Source: an uncultured Gemmatimonadales bacterium (GTDB lineage: Bacteria; Gemmatimonadota; Gemmatimonadetes; Longimicrobiales; RSA9). Taken from it: a stretch of 64,000 bases of DNA. Made by a program: the position numbers and the translations under genes. The DNA lies in NCBI GenBank assembly GCA_963708135.1, contig OY970192.1, forward strand, positions 2,720,001-2,784,000, read 5' to 3'. Below the pieces are notes generated by a model that had not been told where the DNA came from, did not search any database, and saw only the letters and a list, made by a program, of their open reading frames with translations. The first letter of the stretch is position 1. Every line of letters starts with the position of its first letter. Below are positions 19,370-30,231 of this stretch, in pieces.

Positions 19370-19484
19370 GACAGGCACGCCGCTGAGCCGAGGCCCGCGA
19401 GAGAGAGGCGCGCAGGGAACGCACTCCGCGCCCTCCTGAGTTCCAGAGGGGGAGCGCTCTCACCCGTTACGAAAGGGAGGACCC

Positions 19485-20462
19485 ATGCCTCGCGGACGCA
19501 TCTACGACGACATGACCGCCACCATCGGGGACACACCCCTCATCCGGCTGAACCGGCTCGGCGCAGGGCTGCCGGCGAGGGTCGCCGTGAAGCACGAGGG
19601 CTTCAACCCCTACAGCTCGGTGAAGGACCGCATCGGCACGGCCATGCTCGACGACGCCATCGAGCGCGGCGCGCTGCGGCCGGGAATGGTCATCGTCGAG
19701 CCGACCAGCGGCAACACGGGGATCGGGCTGGCGTTCGCCGCCGTGGCGCGCGGCTACGCCACCATCCTCACCATGCCGGACAGCATGACGCTGGAGCGGC
19801 GGGCGCTGCTGCGCGCCCTCGGCTGCACGCTCGTTCTGACGGAGGGGGCGAAGGGGATGAAGGGCGCGATCAACCGCGCCCAGGAGATCCTGGAGGCGCT
19901 CGGCGAGAACGGCTGGATGCCGGGGCAGTTCTCCAACCCCGCCAACCCCGCCATCCACTACCGGACCACGGGCCCCGAGATCTGGGCGGACACCGACGGC
20001 GCCGTGGACATCTTCGTGGCGGGGATCGGGACGGGCGGGACGATCACCGGCGCGGGACGGTTCCTGAAGGAGAAGAAGCCGTCCATCCACGTCGTGGCGG
20101 TCGAGCCGGCCGAGAGCCCCGTCCTTTCCGGCGGCGAGCCGGGCTCCCACAAGCAGCAGGGCATCGGCGCCGGCTTCATCCCGCAGGTGCTCGACACCGC
20201 CATCTACGACGAGGTCATCCGCGTCACCAACGACGACGCCTTCCACACCACCCGGCGCCTCGCCCGCGAGGAGGCGATCTTCGCCGGCATCTCCTCCGGC
20301 TCCATCACGTGGGCCGCGCTGCAGGTGGCCGCCCGGCCGGAGAACGAGGGCAAGCTGATCGTCAGCGTGATCTGCGACTTCGGCGAGCGTTACCTGTCCA
20401 ACCCCGTCTACGCCGACTTCCCCGCCCCGGAGCCGCCCGCCGAGGTCATGGCGCTGATCTAG
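19485..20462 (+). CDS. cysK: Cysteine synthase A
   Basis: [17 protein letters not shown] (PLP lysine), [28 protein letters not shown] and GERYLS. Confidence 0.95.
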   Translation: MPRGRIYDDMTATIGDTPLIRLNRLGAGLPARVAVKHEGFNPYSSVKDRIGTAMLDDAIERGALRPGMVIVEPTSGNTGIGLAFAAVARGYATILTMPDSMTLERRALLRALGCTLVLTEGAKGMKGAINRAQEILEALGENGWMPGQFSNPANPAIHYRTTGPEIWADTDGAVDIFVAGIGTGGTITGAGRFLKEKKPSIHVVAVEPAESPVLSGGEPGSHKQQGIGAGFIPQVLDTAIYDEVIRVTNDDAFHTTRRLAREEAIFAGISSGSITWAALQVAARPENEGKLIVSVICDFGERYLSNPVYADFPAPEPPAEVMALI

Positions 20463-20550
20463 GCCGCGCGCGTCGCATCGCCGGCCGGGGCGGCGGAGGT
20501 GGCGGGGAGCGAGGCGTCCGGCCCCTCGAGGGCCGCGGCGGGCCGGCCTC

Positions 20551-21210
20551 TCAGGAGGCCAGCCGCTCCAGCGTCTCGCGGTGCACGACGTGGCCGCCGG
20601 GATGGATGACCAGCTCGGCGTCGATGCCGGCGGCGGAGAGGCGGTCGCGCGCGGCGGCGGCCGTGGCGGGGCTGAAGGAGCCATCGCGCTCGCCGGCCAC
20701 GATGCGGATTCGGGTGCCGCGCCACGCGGCCGCGGCGGCGGACAGGTCGAGGTCCGAGGGCGGGTCGGCGCCCCACAGGATGAGCCGGGCGGGGCGGGTG
20801 CTGCCGAGGGCGGTCCAGCGGCAGGCCGTGTGCACGCCCTGCGAGTAGCCCAGCACGGTCAGGCGGGGCGCGGCGGCGTAGCGCGAAAAGAGCTGATCAC
20901 GGAGGCGGTCCAGGTAGCGGACGTAGTCCTGGATCTCGGTCAGGCGGTCCTCGCGCGTCATCCAGGTGGCCCCCACGCGGGTGTTCGGGCCGTGGGCGCC
21001 GGACGGATCGCCGACGTAGTAGCGGTTCAGCGCCTCCGGCGCGACGACGAGGCGGCTGCCGTCGTCGAGGCCCTCGAACCCGCGGATGAAGGAGCGGGCG
21101 AGCTGGGCGTAGCCGTGCAGGACGAACCACGCCTGCCTCGGCGCCGCCAGCCCCTCGCCCAGGGTGACGTAGCGGGCCGTGCGCGTGACCTCGAGGTGAT
21201 GCTCCTGCAT
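20551..21210 (-). CDS. Phospholipase/carboxylesterase-type alpha/beta hydrolase
   Basis: LHGY, VGATWMTREDR, GYSQG nucleophile elbow, GGH. Confidence 0.82.
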   Translation of the reverse strand: MQEHHLEVTRTARYVTLGEGLAAPRQAWFVLHGYAQLARSFIRGFEGLDDGSRLVVAPEALNRYYVGDPSGAHGPNTRVGATWMTREDRLTEIQDYVRYLDRLRDQLFSRYAAAPRLTVLGYSQGVHTACRWTALGSTRPARLILWGADPPSDLDLSAAAAAWRGTRIRIVAGERDGSFSPATAAAARDRLSAAGIDAELVIHPGGHVVHRETLERLAS

Positions 21211-21303
21211 GGAGTCGCTTCCGGGTCGGGGGAGCCTGGACACGTGGATCCCGGCGCGAGCCGCGCGGGAGGCTCGCGGCGGGACGTGCGGCGGGAGCGT
21301 CGC

Positions 21304-23754
21304 CTACTCGGCCCTGAGCACCCGCGCCGGGTCGAGGCGGCTGGCCCGCCGTGCGGGAAGGTACGATGCCAGGAGCCCTACCGCCAAGAGCAGCAGCGGC
21401 ACGGCCACGAAGGTCACCGGGTCGAAGGCGCTCACGCCGAAGAGGAACGAGCGCATCACGCCCGCCCCGGCCAGGCCCAGGAGCAGGCCCGCCCCGGCTC
21501 CCACCGCCACCAGCCCGACGCCGTGGCGCATGAGCAGCAGGATCACGCCACCCGGCTCCGCGCCCACCGACATGCGGATCGCCACCTCGCGCGTGCGACG
21601 CGAGACGGAGTAGCGCACCACGCCCCACACGCCGATCACCGCCAGCAGCAGCGCGAGCAGAGAGAAGGCGCCGACCACGACCGCGGCCAGCTGCGCCGGC
21701 AGGATCAGCGAGGCCAGGAAGCGGCGCACGGTCATCGCGCGGAACACGGGGAGATCGCGGTCCATGCCGTGGACCGTGGCGAGGGCACGCGCGACCAACG
21801 GCGCCGCGCCGGCGCGCGTGCGGACGATGAAGCTGGGCATGTCGACCGCGTTCTGCGCCGCGGCCAGGAACATGTACGACCGCGGCGACTCGCCCAGCGA
21901 GCGGACCTTCACGTCGCGGGCCACGCCGATGACGTGCAGGACGGTCGTGTCCGTGCGGAAGACCTGGCCGATCGCGTCCTGCCCCGGCCAGAAGCGCCGC
22001 GCCATCGCCTCGGTGATCACGGCGACGCGGGGGGCACCGGCCACGTCGCCCGGCCCGAAGTTCCGGCCGCGCAGGATCGGGATCCCCGCCGCCGCCAGGT
22101 ATCCCGTGTCCACGGCGGCGTAGTAGGTGTCGAAGCCCCTCTCGCCGGGCGGCGGCTCGGTGCCGGGCACGTTGATGCGGCGCGAGGAGCTGTTCACCGG
22201 GTCGAGCAGCACGTTGCTGGTGTAGCCCACGGCCTCCACGCCGGGCAACGCCGCCAGGGCGGCGGTGGCCTGGCGCATGAGCGCCGCCGCCTTCTGCCCG
22301 GGGTAGCGGTCCGCGGGCACCATGACCGTGACCAGCGCGGCCGGCTGCTCGCCCCAGCCGGGGTCCGCCGAGCGGTACGCCAGCAGCGAGCGCAGGAACA
22401 GCCCCGCGGCGATGAGCAGCAACAGCGACACCGCGACCTGCCCCACCACCAGCGCGTTGCGCGCGGTCAGCCGGCGCGCGGGGCCGCCGCCGGTGTTCTC
22501 GTTCTTGATGGTGTTGACCACTCCCGGCCGCGTGGCCTGCAGCGCCGGCGCCAGCCCGAAGAGGATCCCGGAGAGAGCGGAGGCCAGGATCGCGAAGGCC
22601 GCGATCCGGCCATCCATCGGCACGTCCAGCCGGATGGGCAGCGGCAGCGGCAGGTCCGCATGCAGCAGCCAGTCGAGCAGGAAGCGCGCGAGCAGCACGC
22701 CCCCCACTCCGCCGAGGGCGGCCAGCGCCAGTGTCTCGGTCAGGAGCTGCCGGACGATGGCGCCGCGGCTCGCGCCCAGCGCCAGCCGGATCGCGATCTC
22801 CCGTTGCCGGTCCCGCGCCTGCGCGAGCAGGAAGCTGGCCAGGTTCGCGCAGGCGATCAGCAACACGAGCCCCACCAGCGCCATGATCAGCGCCGAGGCC
22901 GGGACCACCACCCGGTCGAGCATCGGGTTCACCGCCACGTCCGTCTGCGGCACGATCGAGACCGTGCGGCTGGCGCTCCACTCGCCCGGGTGGCGCTGTC
23001 GCTCCGTGCGCTGGAAGTTCTCCGCCACCGCCCGGAAGCGAGCCATGCTCACGCCGGGCACGAGCCGCCCCTTCATGAATCCGCTGTGGTTGCCGCGCTC
23101 CTTCAGCTGGTCGTCCGGCGCCGGCTCGAGCTGGTTCACCATCTGGATCGGCGCGAAGAGCGCCGGCATCACCCCCCGGATCGCCCCGACATAGGACTGC
23201 GGCGCCACGCCCACGACCGTATAGGACCGCCCCGACAGCCGGATCTGCGTGCCCACCACGTCCGGCGCGCCGCCGAAGCCCTCCTGCCAGTAGTCGTAGG
23301 TGAGCACGATCACCGGACTCGCGCCCTGCGCCACATCGTCGGCGGGGCCCAGCAGCCGCCCCAGCCGGGCCTTCAGGCCGAGCAGCGGGAAATAGTCGCC
23401 GTTCACCATCTCGAGCGGCAGCGTGACCGCGCGGTCGCCGAGGTCGCGCGACACCACGCCGAGCTCGGTTATGGAGACCTGCGAGAGGACCCCCTGCGTC
23501 GCCTGCCGCAGATCCTGGTACTCCGGGTAGGAGAACGGCGTGTACGGAAAGTCCGGTGTGCTCGAGGCGATGTCCACCACCCGCTCCGGGTGCGGGATCG
23601 GCGCCTTCCGCAGGATGACCGCATCGACCAGGCTGAAGATCGCCGTGTTCGCGCCGATCCCCAGCGTCAGCGAGAGGACGGCGATCAGCGCGAACCCCGG
23701 GCTCTTCTTCAGCCGGCGCAGCGCGAAGCGGATGTCGCGGTTGATGGCTCCCAT
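21304..23754 (-). CDS. ADOP-type ABC transporter permease (MacB/FtsX duplicated)
   Basis: LGIGANTAIFS, LLIACANLA, REIAIRLALGA, QVAVSLLLL and RRASRLDP. Confidence 0.9.
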   Translation of the reverse strand: MGAINRDIRFALRRLKKSPGFALIAVLSLTLGIGANTAIFSLVDAVILRKAPIPHPERVVDIASSTPDFPYTPFSYPEYQDLRQATQGVLSQVSITELGVVSRDLGDRAVTLPLEMVNGDYFPLLGLKARLGRLLGPADDVAQGASPVIVLTYDYWQEGFGGAPDVVGTQIRLSGRSYTVVGVAPQSYVGAIRGVMPALFAPIQMVNQLEPAPDDQLKERGNHSGFMKGRLVPGVSMARFRAVAENFQRTERQRHPGEWSASRTVSIVPQTDVAVNPMLDRVVVPASALIMALVGLVLLIACANLASFLLAQARDRQREIAIRLALGASRGAIVRQLLTETLALAALGGVGGVLLARFLLDWLLHADLPLPLPIRLDVPMDGRIAAFAILASALSGILFGLAPALQATRPGVVNTIKNENTGGGPARRLTARNALVVGQVAVSLLLLIAAGLFLRSLLAYRSADPGWGEQPAALVTVMVPADRYPGQKAAALMRQATAALAALPGVEAVGYTSNVLLDPVNSSSRRINVPGTEPPPGERGFDTYYAAVDTGYLAAAGIPILRGRNFGPGDVAGAPRVAVITEAMARRFWPGQDAIGQVFRTDTTVLHVIGVARDVKVRSLGESPRSYMFLAAAQNAVDMPSFIVRTRAGAAPLVARALATVHGMDRDLPVFRAMTVRRFLASLILPAQLAAVVVGAFSLLALLLAVIGVWGVVRYSVSRRTREVAIRMSVGAEPGGVILLLMRHGVGLVAVGAGAGLLLGLAGAGVMRSFLFGVSAFDPVTFVAVPLLLLAVGLLASYLPARRASRLDPARVLRAE

Positions 23755-23782
23755 GACGCTCGATTCCCCTCGAGGGAGCGCG

Positions 23783-26236
23783 CTACTCGGCGCGCAGCAC
23801 GCGCGCCGGGTCCAGCCGGCTGGCCCGCCGCGCCGGCAGATAGGACGCGGCCACGCCGACAGCCATGAGCAGCAGCGGTACGGCCACGAACGTCAGCGGA
23901 TCGAAGGCGCTCACGCCGAAGAGGAACGAGCGCAGTACCGTCGCGCCGGCCAGCCCGAGCAGCAGCCCCAGCACCGCGCCGACGCCGACCAGTCCCACAC
24001 CATGGCGCATGAGCAGCAGGATCACGCCGGCCGGCTTCGCCCCCATCGACATCCGGATCGCGACCTCGCGCGTCCGACGGGACACGGCGTAGCGGACGAC
24101 GCCCCAGATGCCGATCACGGCAAGGACGAGCGCGAGCAGCGCGAACGCGCCGATCACGAGCGCCGCGAGCTGCGCGGGCAGGATGAGGGAGGCCAGGAAG
24201 CGGCGTACCGTCATGGCTCGGAAGATCGGGACGTCCCGGTCGGCGTCGTGCACCGTGGCCAGCGCGCGGCCGACCAGGGGCGCCGCGTCGCCACGGGTGG
24301 ACACGAGGAAGGTGAGCGAGCCGACCGACTCCTGTGCCGCGGCGAGGAACATGTACGGCTGCGGCGCCTCGCCCAGCGTGCGAACCTTCACGTCGCGGGT
24401 CACGCCGATGACGTGCACGGCGCTGGTGTCCATCCGGAAGACCCGGCCGACGGGATCCTGTCCCGGCCAGAAGCGCCGCGCCATGGCTTGCGTGATCACG
24501 GCGACTCGGGGCGCGCCTGCCACGTCTCCCGCACCGAAGCCGCGACCGCGCAGGACCGGGATCCCCGCCACGGCCAGGTAGCCGCTGTCCACCTCCGCGT
24601 CGAAGATGGAGAAGCCGGTCTCCCCGCGCGGCGGCTCGCGGCCGGGTACGGTGATCATGCGCTGGCCACTGCTCATGGGATCCAGCGGAATCTGCGAGGC
24701 GTAGCCGACCGCTCCCACGCCGGGCAGCACGCGCAGCTCATCGCGCAGTCGATCGGCGAAGGCAAGACCGCGGGCTGCCGGGTATCGGTCCGCCGGGATC
24801 ATGAGCGTGACCATGGCGGTCGGTCGGGAGCCCCAGCCGGGATCGGCCGACTGCCATGCCAGGAGCGAGCGGAGGAACAGTCCCGCCGCGATCAGCAGGA
24901 CCAGCGAGACCGCGACCTGTCCCACGACCAGCGCGTTGCGCACCGTCAGCCAGCGCGCGGGACCGCCGCCCGTGTTCTCGTTCTTGATTGCATCGATCAC
25001 GCCGGGCCGCGTGGCCTGCAGCGCGGGGGCCAGGCCGAAGAGAACGCCCGACACCGCGGACGCGGCGATCGCGAACGCCACGATTCGGCCATCCATCGGC
25101 ACGTCGAGGTGGAACGGCAGCGGGAACGGCAGGTCCGCGTGCAGCAGCCAGTCGAGCAGGAAGCGCGCGAGCAGCACGCCCGCCACGCCGCCGAGCCCCG
25201 CCAGCGCCAGCGTCTCGGTGAGGAGCTGCCGGACGATGGCGCCGCGGCCCGCGCCCAGCGCCAGCCGGATGGCAATCTCCCGCTGCCGGTCCCGCGCCTG
25301 CGCCAGAAGGAAGCTGGCCAGGTTCGCGCACGCGATCAGCAGCACCAGCCCCACCAGCACCATGATCAGCGCGGCGGCCGGCACCACCACCCGGTCGATC
25401 AGCGGGTTGACCGCCACCGAGCTCAGCGGAACGAGGTCGATCCGGCGGCTCGCCGGCCAGAAGGACGGGTGGTCCTTCTGCTCCATGCGCTCGAACGAGG
25501 CCGCGGCCACGCGCGCCCGCGCCATCCCCACCGCCGGCGCCAGCCGGGCCTTCACGAAGCCGTCGTGGTCGTCCCGTGCCTTCAACTCGTCGTAGGGTGA
25601 AGGCTGCAACGCGTTCGTCATCTGGATCGAGGCGTAGAGCATCGGCATCATGCCGCGGATCGTCCCCGTATACGACTGCGGCGCCACGCCCACGATCGTG
25701 TAGAGCCGCCCCGACAGCCGGATCTGCTTGCCGACCACGTCGCTCGCGCCGCCGAAGGAGTCCTGCCAGTAGTCGTACGACAGCACCACCACGGGACTCG
25801 CCCCCTCCGCCGCGTCGTCGTCCGGGCCCAGCAGCCGTCCCAGCCGAGGGCGCAACCCCAGCAGCGGAAAGTAGTCCCCGTTGACCATCTCCACCGGCAA
25901 CGTCGCGGCGCGATCCGCCAGGTCCCGCGGCACCATGCCGAACTGCGTGTAGGAGATGCGAGCAAACACACCCTGCGTCGCCTGCCGCAGCTCAGTGTAC
26001 TCGGGGTAGGAAAACGGGAAGTAGGCGTAGTCCTGCGTGCTGGTAGAAACATCGACCACCCGCTGCGGCTGCGGGATCGGCGCCTTCCGCAGGATGATCG
26101 CGTCCACCAGACTGAAGATGGCCGTGTTCGCCCCGATCCCCAGGGCCAGCGAGGCCACGGCGATCAGCGCGAAGCCCGGGCTCTTCCTCAGCCGGCGCAG
26201 CGCGAAGCGGATGTCCCGGACGATGGCTTCGATCAC
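23783..26236 (-). CDS. ADOP-type ABC transporter permease, tandem paralog
   Basis: Same motifs; colinear and highly similar to 21304-23754. Confidence 0.9.
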   Translation of the reverse strand: MIEAIVRDIRFALRRLRKSPGFALIAVASLALGIGANTAIFSLVDAIILRKAPIPQPQRVVDVSTSTQDYAYFPFSYPEYTELRQATQGVFARISYTQFGMVPRDLADRAATLPVEMVNGDYFPLLGLRPRLGRLLGPDDDAAEGASPVVVLSYDYWQDSFGGASDVVGKQIRLSGRLYTIVGVAPQSYTGTIRGMMPMLYASIQMTNALQPSPYDELKARDDHDGFVKARLAPAVGMARARVAAASFERMEQKDHPSFWPASRRIDLVPLSSVAVNPLIDRVVVPAAALIMVLVGLVLLIACANLASFLLAQARDRQREIAIRLALGAGRGAIVRQLLTETLALAGLGGVAGVLLARFLLDWLLHADLPFPLPFHLDVPMDGRIVAFAIAASAVSGVLFGLAPALQATRPGVIDAIKNENTGGGPARWLTVRNALVVGQVAVSLVLLIAAGLFLRSLLAWQSADPGWGSRPTAMVTLMIPADRYPAARGLAFADRLRDELRVLPGVGAVGYASQIPLDPMSSGQRMITVPGREPPRGETGFSIFDAEVDSGYLAVAGIPVLRGRGFGAGDVAGAPRVAVITQAMARRFWPGQDPVGRVFRMDTSAVHVIGVTRDVKVRTLGEAPQPYMFLAAAQESVGSLTFLVSTRGDAAPLVGRALATVHDADRDVPIFRAMTVRRFLASLILPAQLAALVIGAFALLALVLAVIGIWGVVRYAVSRRTREVAIRMSMGAKPAGVILLLMRHGVGLVGVGAVLGLLLGLAGATVLRSFLFGVSAFDPLTFVAVPLLLMAVGVAASYLPARRASRLDPARVLRAE

Positions 26237-26496
26237 GGCTTCCTCCGCCGCGTCGTGCGATGCGGTCTCCCGTCGGGCGGGTCACCGTACGCGCGAGTGG
26301 ATACACGAGTTTCCAGGGGTCTTGCCCGCAATCCAATGGCCAGCTGCGTGCCAGGAGTCAACTCCATGCGACGCTTGAGCTTCCACGTCCATCGCCGGGA
26401 GCACGGCGTCCGGCGGCGGACAGCGGCGTCCCGGTTCCGGTACGGCAGCATCCGGCGCGGTGTCGGCGGGCAGGTGGGCCTGCTCCCGGCAGAGTC

Positions 26497-28839
26497 CTAA
26501 CGGGGTCGCTCCTGTGCCTGGATGCGGAACTCGTGCGGCGGCTCGGCGCCTAGGAGGTTCTTGACGAAGTAATCCCAGCGGCGCCGCACCATGTACGGCT
26601 CGTTGCCGAAGCCGTGGTGGCGGTTGGGGAAGGGGATGAGGTCGAAGTCCTTGTTGGCGGCGATGAGCGAGTCGATGACGAGGAGCGTGTTATACGGGGG
26701 TACGTTGTCGTCCGTGGTGCCGTAAGCAAGCAGCAACTTGCCCTTGAGGTTGCGGGCCACGAGCTGGTTGGCCTGGTTGTCGTAGCTGGTTGTGCCATCG
26801 GGGTGCGTCTCGAGCAGCCCCTGCCACTTCTCGCCCCAGTCGTCCTCGTAGTCGCGGTTGTCGTGGTTGCCGGCCTCGGCTATGCCCACCTTGAAGAAGT
26901 CGGGGTAGCGGAACATGGCGTCGGCGGTCGCGTAGCCGCCGCCGGAGTGGCCGTAGATGCCGGCGCGGTCGAGGTCGATCCAGGGGAAGCGGGCGGCGAG
27001 CTGCTTCATCGCGGCGACCTGGTCCGGCAGCCCGTTGTCGCCCATGTCGCCGTAGTAGGCGGCCTGGAAGGAATGGGACCGCATGGGCGTTCCCATGGCG
27101 TCGAGTTCGACGACGACGAAGCCGAGCTCGGCCAGCGCCTGCGCGTCGCCGCGCGCGGGCACGAACTGGCGCGTGCCCACGCTGCCCGTCTGCGGGCCCG
27201 GGTAGACGTGGTTCACGACCGGGTACTTCTTCGACGGATCGAAGTCGGTGGGGCGGAAGAGCAGCCCGTAGAGATCGGTCTTGCCGTCGCGCGCCTTGAC
27301 GGTGAACGGGATCGGCGGCTTCCACCCGGTGGTGGCGAGGCGGGAGACGTCGCCCTTCTCGAGCTTCACGAGGACCTGCCCGCCGGCCGCGTCGCGCAGC
27401 ACGCTCGTAGGCGGCGTGGTGGGCGTGGACCAGGTGTCGATGAAGGTCTTGCCATCCGGGGAAAGCGACACCTCGTGGTCCGCGCTGTCCGGCGTGAGCA
27501 GCCTCAGGTGCGTGCCGTCCATCCGGATGCTGTAGAAGTGGCGGAAGTACGGGTCGCCGGGCTCGCGGCCGGCGCCCAGGAAGAAGATGGTGCGCGTCTT
27601 CGGGTCCACGCGCAGCACCTGGAGCACGGGCCAGCTGCCGCTCGTGATGCGGCGCTTCAGCTTCCCGGTAGCCAGGTCGTAGAGGTAGAGGTGGCCCCAG
27701 TCGTCGCGCTGCGAGAACCAGATCACCTCGCTCGAGCCCGGCAGCACGTGCCAGTTCACCATGTTGTAGCCGGACTCGAAGAAGTCGGGCACCGTCTCCT
27801 TCAGGACATCGCGCACCTGGCCGGTGGCGGCATCGGCCTCGCGCAGCGTCTCCTCCCTGTGGTCGCGGGAGGTGGAGACGAAGAACAGCTTCGAGGCGTC
27901 GGGACTCCACTCCACGTCCGAGAAGTCCTGCCCGCGGCAGGCCACGTGGTCGCAGATGGTGGATCGGTGCTGGTCCGGCGGCATGCGCAGCCGGATGAGC
28001 CGCGGACCCTGCGGGTCGTCCACATCGATGATCACCCGATGGATCATGGCCACCACGCTGTCGCCCGGCAGCGGGTAGTGCCACGCGTCGAGGCTCGGAT
28101 GCCCGACTCGCGTGTGCACGAGGTACATCATCCCCACGCCGCGCTGGTCCTGCTGGAACGTGGCGATCTTCCTCGAGTCGGGTGACCAGAGCAGGATCGG
28201 CCGGTCGCTGTGGATCCAGCCCGCGTTGTCCGTGGCGTAGCCGTAGTCCTCCACCCCGTCCTGCGTCAGCCGCGTCTCCTTCCCCGTGGCCACGTCGCGC
28301 ACCCACAGGTTCCAGTCCCGGATGAAGGCCGCCTTCGTGCCGTCGGGCGAGACCACCTCGTTCCGGGAGCCGCCGCCACGCGACGTGTCCGCCGGCTCGC
28401 AGCGCGCCTCGTGGATCGAGCAGCGGTAGCGCGTGCCGTGCACGAAGAACGTGGCCGTCTGCCCGCTCGCGGGGAGCTCGAGCTCGACCAGTGGCAGCCG
28501 GTGCGCCTCGACCTTCGTCCCCGCCGCCGCCGACAGCGCCGCCGCCAGCTTCTCCTGGTCGAAGGCGTGCGTCCGCGAGCGACGCTTCGGGTCAACCACC
28601 ACGTACTCCTCGCCTTGCGCCACCCGCGTCCGGTACCACGCCTGGCCGCTCGCCAGCCAGGTCGGGCGCACCACCGTGCCCGTGACCAGCGGCACCGTGC
28701 TCTGTGACAGGAACTTCTCGGCGCGCGCATACGCCGCCGCGCTCACGCTGTCGGGAGAGTGGGGCTGCTGGGCACGGGCGGCCGTCGGCGCGGCGGCGGC
28801 CAGCGGCAGGAGCACGGCCAGGATCGAGCGGCGAGGCAT
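26497..28839 (-). CDS. S9 family peptidase (DPP IV-like), secreted
   Basis: Signal peptide, WSPDS propeller motifs, GIYGHSGGG, DDNV, NRHHG. Confidence 0.92.
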   Translation of the reverse strand: MPRRSILAVLLPLAAAAPTAARAQQPHSPDSVSAAAYARAEKFLSQSTVPLVTGTVVRPTWLASGQAWYRTRVAQGEEYVVVDPKRRSRTHAFDQEKLAAALSAAAGTKVEAHRLPLVELELPASGQTATFFVHGTRYRCSIHEARCEPADTSRGGGSRNEVVSPDGTKAAFIRDWNLWVRDVATGKETRLTQDGVEDYGYATDNAGWIHSDRPILLWSPDSRKIATFQQDQRGVGMMYLVHTRVGHPSLDAWHYPLPGDSVVAMIHRVIIDVDDPQGPRLIRLRMPPDQHRSTICDHVACRGQDFSDVEWSPDASKLFFVSTSRDHREETLREADAATGQVRDVLKETVPDFFESGYNMVNWHVLPGSSEVIWFSQRDDWGHLYLYDLATGKLKRRITSGSWPVLQVLRVDPKTRTIFFLGAGREPGDPYFRHFYSIRMDGTHLRLLTPDSADHEVSLSPDGKTFIDTWSTPTTPPTSVLRDAAGGQVLVKLEKGDVSRLATTGWKPPIPFTVKARDGKTDLYGLLFRPTDFDPSKKYPVVNHVYPGPQTGSVGTRQFVPARGDAQALAELGFVVVELDAMGTPMRSHSFQAAYYGDMGDNGLPDQVAAMKQLAARFPWIDLDRAGIYGHSGGGYATADAMFRYPDFFKVGIAEAGNHDNRDYEDDWGEKWQGLLETHPDGTTSYDNQANQLVARNLKGKLLLAYGTTDDNVPPYNTLLVIDSLIAANKDFDLIPFPNRHHGFGNEPYMVRRRWDYFVKNLLGAEPPHEFRIQAQERPR

Positions 28840-28907
28840 TTCTATTCCTCGGGATGGAGGTCGATGCGGGCGGGAAGATGGGAGGCTCGCCTCGGCGCGG
28901 CAACTTC

Positions 28908-29148
28908 CCCGGCGGCGGGCCGGGGGCTCCCGGAGCGACCCTGCTGTTGCGAAGGCGGTCGCCGCGGTGGCCTCCCGGGGCCGGGGCGGCCTGGCACGGC
29001 CCGGCGGCGGGCCGGGGGCTCCCCGGAGCGACCCTGCCGTTGCGAAGGCGGTCGCCGCGGTGGCCTCCCGGGGCGGGGGCGGCCTGGCACGGCCCGGCGG
29101 CGGGCCGGGGGCTCCCCGGAGCGACCCTGCTGTTGCGAAGGCGGTCGC
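28908..29148. repeat. Tandem repeat, 92-93-bp unit, about 2.6 copies
   Basis: CCCGGCGGCGGGCCGGGGGCTCC at 28908, 29000 and 29093; internal GCGACC..GGTCGC stem. Confidence 0.88.
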
Positions 29149-29185
29149 GAAGGGGAGCCCCCGGCGCGCCGCCCCCCAGACCAGC

Positions 29186-30073
29186 CTACAAGAGCGCCTT
29201 CAGCATCAGCAGCGGCACGCCGAAGTTGCCCACGAAATGCCCGATGAACCCGGGCCACGTGTTCTTCGTCCGCTGCGCCACGAACGCGATCGCCAGCGTG
29301 ACCGGAAGCATGCCAACGAGGCTGGCCAGGTTCCAGTGGTAGAAGGCGTGGAACATGGCCCACAGCGTACCGTTCACCACCCAGGCCCAGCCGCCGTGCG
29401 CCAGCTCCTGCCGCGGCAGGATGTAGCCGCGCCACCAGAACTCCTCACCGCCCATGTTCAGCACCAGCATGATGATCGTGTACATGAAGAAGAGCCCCCA
29501 GCTGTACGGCACGCCCTGGAACGTCGTCGCCGTCGCGAAGTTCTTCATGAAATCCGCGAACGCCGCCGGCTGGTGGTAGAACACCACCGGCGCGAAGACC
29601 TGCGCCCACCGCGCCAGTATCGGCGAGACGAGTGCGATGAACAGGCAAAGCGCCAGCGTCCACAGCCAGTCCCGCTCGCTCATGCGCTGCAGCCGCATGC
29701 GGTCCCGGAACGCCGGCCACGTCCACGGCCGCCCCTCCAGCCGATAGGCGACGACCGCCGCCGCCAGCATGAGCGCCAGCGGCGTGCTGAAGGTGATCAG
29801 GAAGGTGTGGTAGGGAGACATTCCCCGGCCGAGCAGCCACGGAATCCCCACCAGCAGGAACAGGCTGAACACCGCCGACGGGATCCCGAAGAAGAGCAGC
29901 GCCAGCCCCAGCCCCATCGGCCTGAGCGGCGGTCCGGCCGGCGGCGCCGCCGCGGGACCCACCCAGCCGTCGCCCGCCGGTCGCGCGGCCGCTGGCGCCA
30001 CGGCGGGCGCCGTCGCGATGCCGCCGGACGCCGTGGTGCCGCCCGTGTCCCCCGCCACGTCTTGCGTGTCCAT
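29186..30073 (-). CDS. CPBP (Abi/CAAX) family intramembrane metalloprotease
   Basis: GEEFWWRGY, WAMFH and GHFVGN motifs; GGAGG before MDTQ. Confidence 0.88.
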   Translation of the reverse strand: MDTQDVAGDTGGTTASGGIATAPAVAPAAARPAGDGWVGPAAAPPAGPPLRPMGLGLALLFFGIPSAVFSLFLLVGIPWLLGRGMSPYHTFLITFSTPLALMLAAAVVAYRLEGRPWTWPAFRDRMRLQRMSERDWLWTLALCLFIALVSPILARWAQVFAPVVFYHQPAAFADFMKNFATATTFQGVPYSWGLFFMYTIIMLVLNMGGEEFWWRGYILPRQELAHGGWAWVVNGTLWAMFHAFYHWNLASLVGMLPVTLAIAFVAQRTKNTWPGFIGHFVGNFGVPLLMLKALL

Positions 30074-30231
30074 GGCCCCCTCCTGGTCTGGATACGGTCC
30101 GGAATACAGCCCAATCCTCCATCGGCGTCGCCCGGCGTCAAGGAGTATGGGCCGCAGCCGGAGGGAGCGCCGGCCTGCCGCAGTCGAGCCGAGGGTGGGC
30201 ATCGCCGCCACCACGCGGTCTGCCCGTGCGG

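Noticed and set aside
20581..25600. Long plus-strand ORFs opposite the ADOP permeases
   Set aside because: High-GC antisense artefacts without recognisable motifs.
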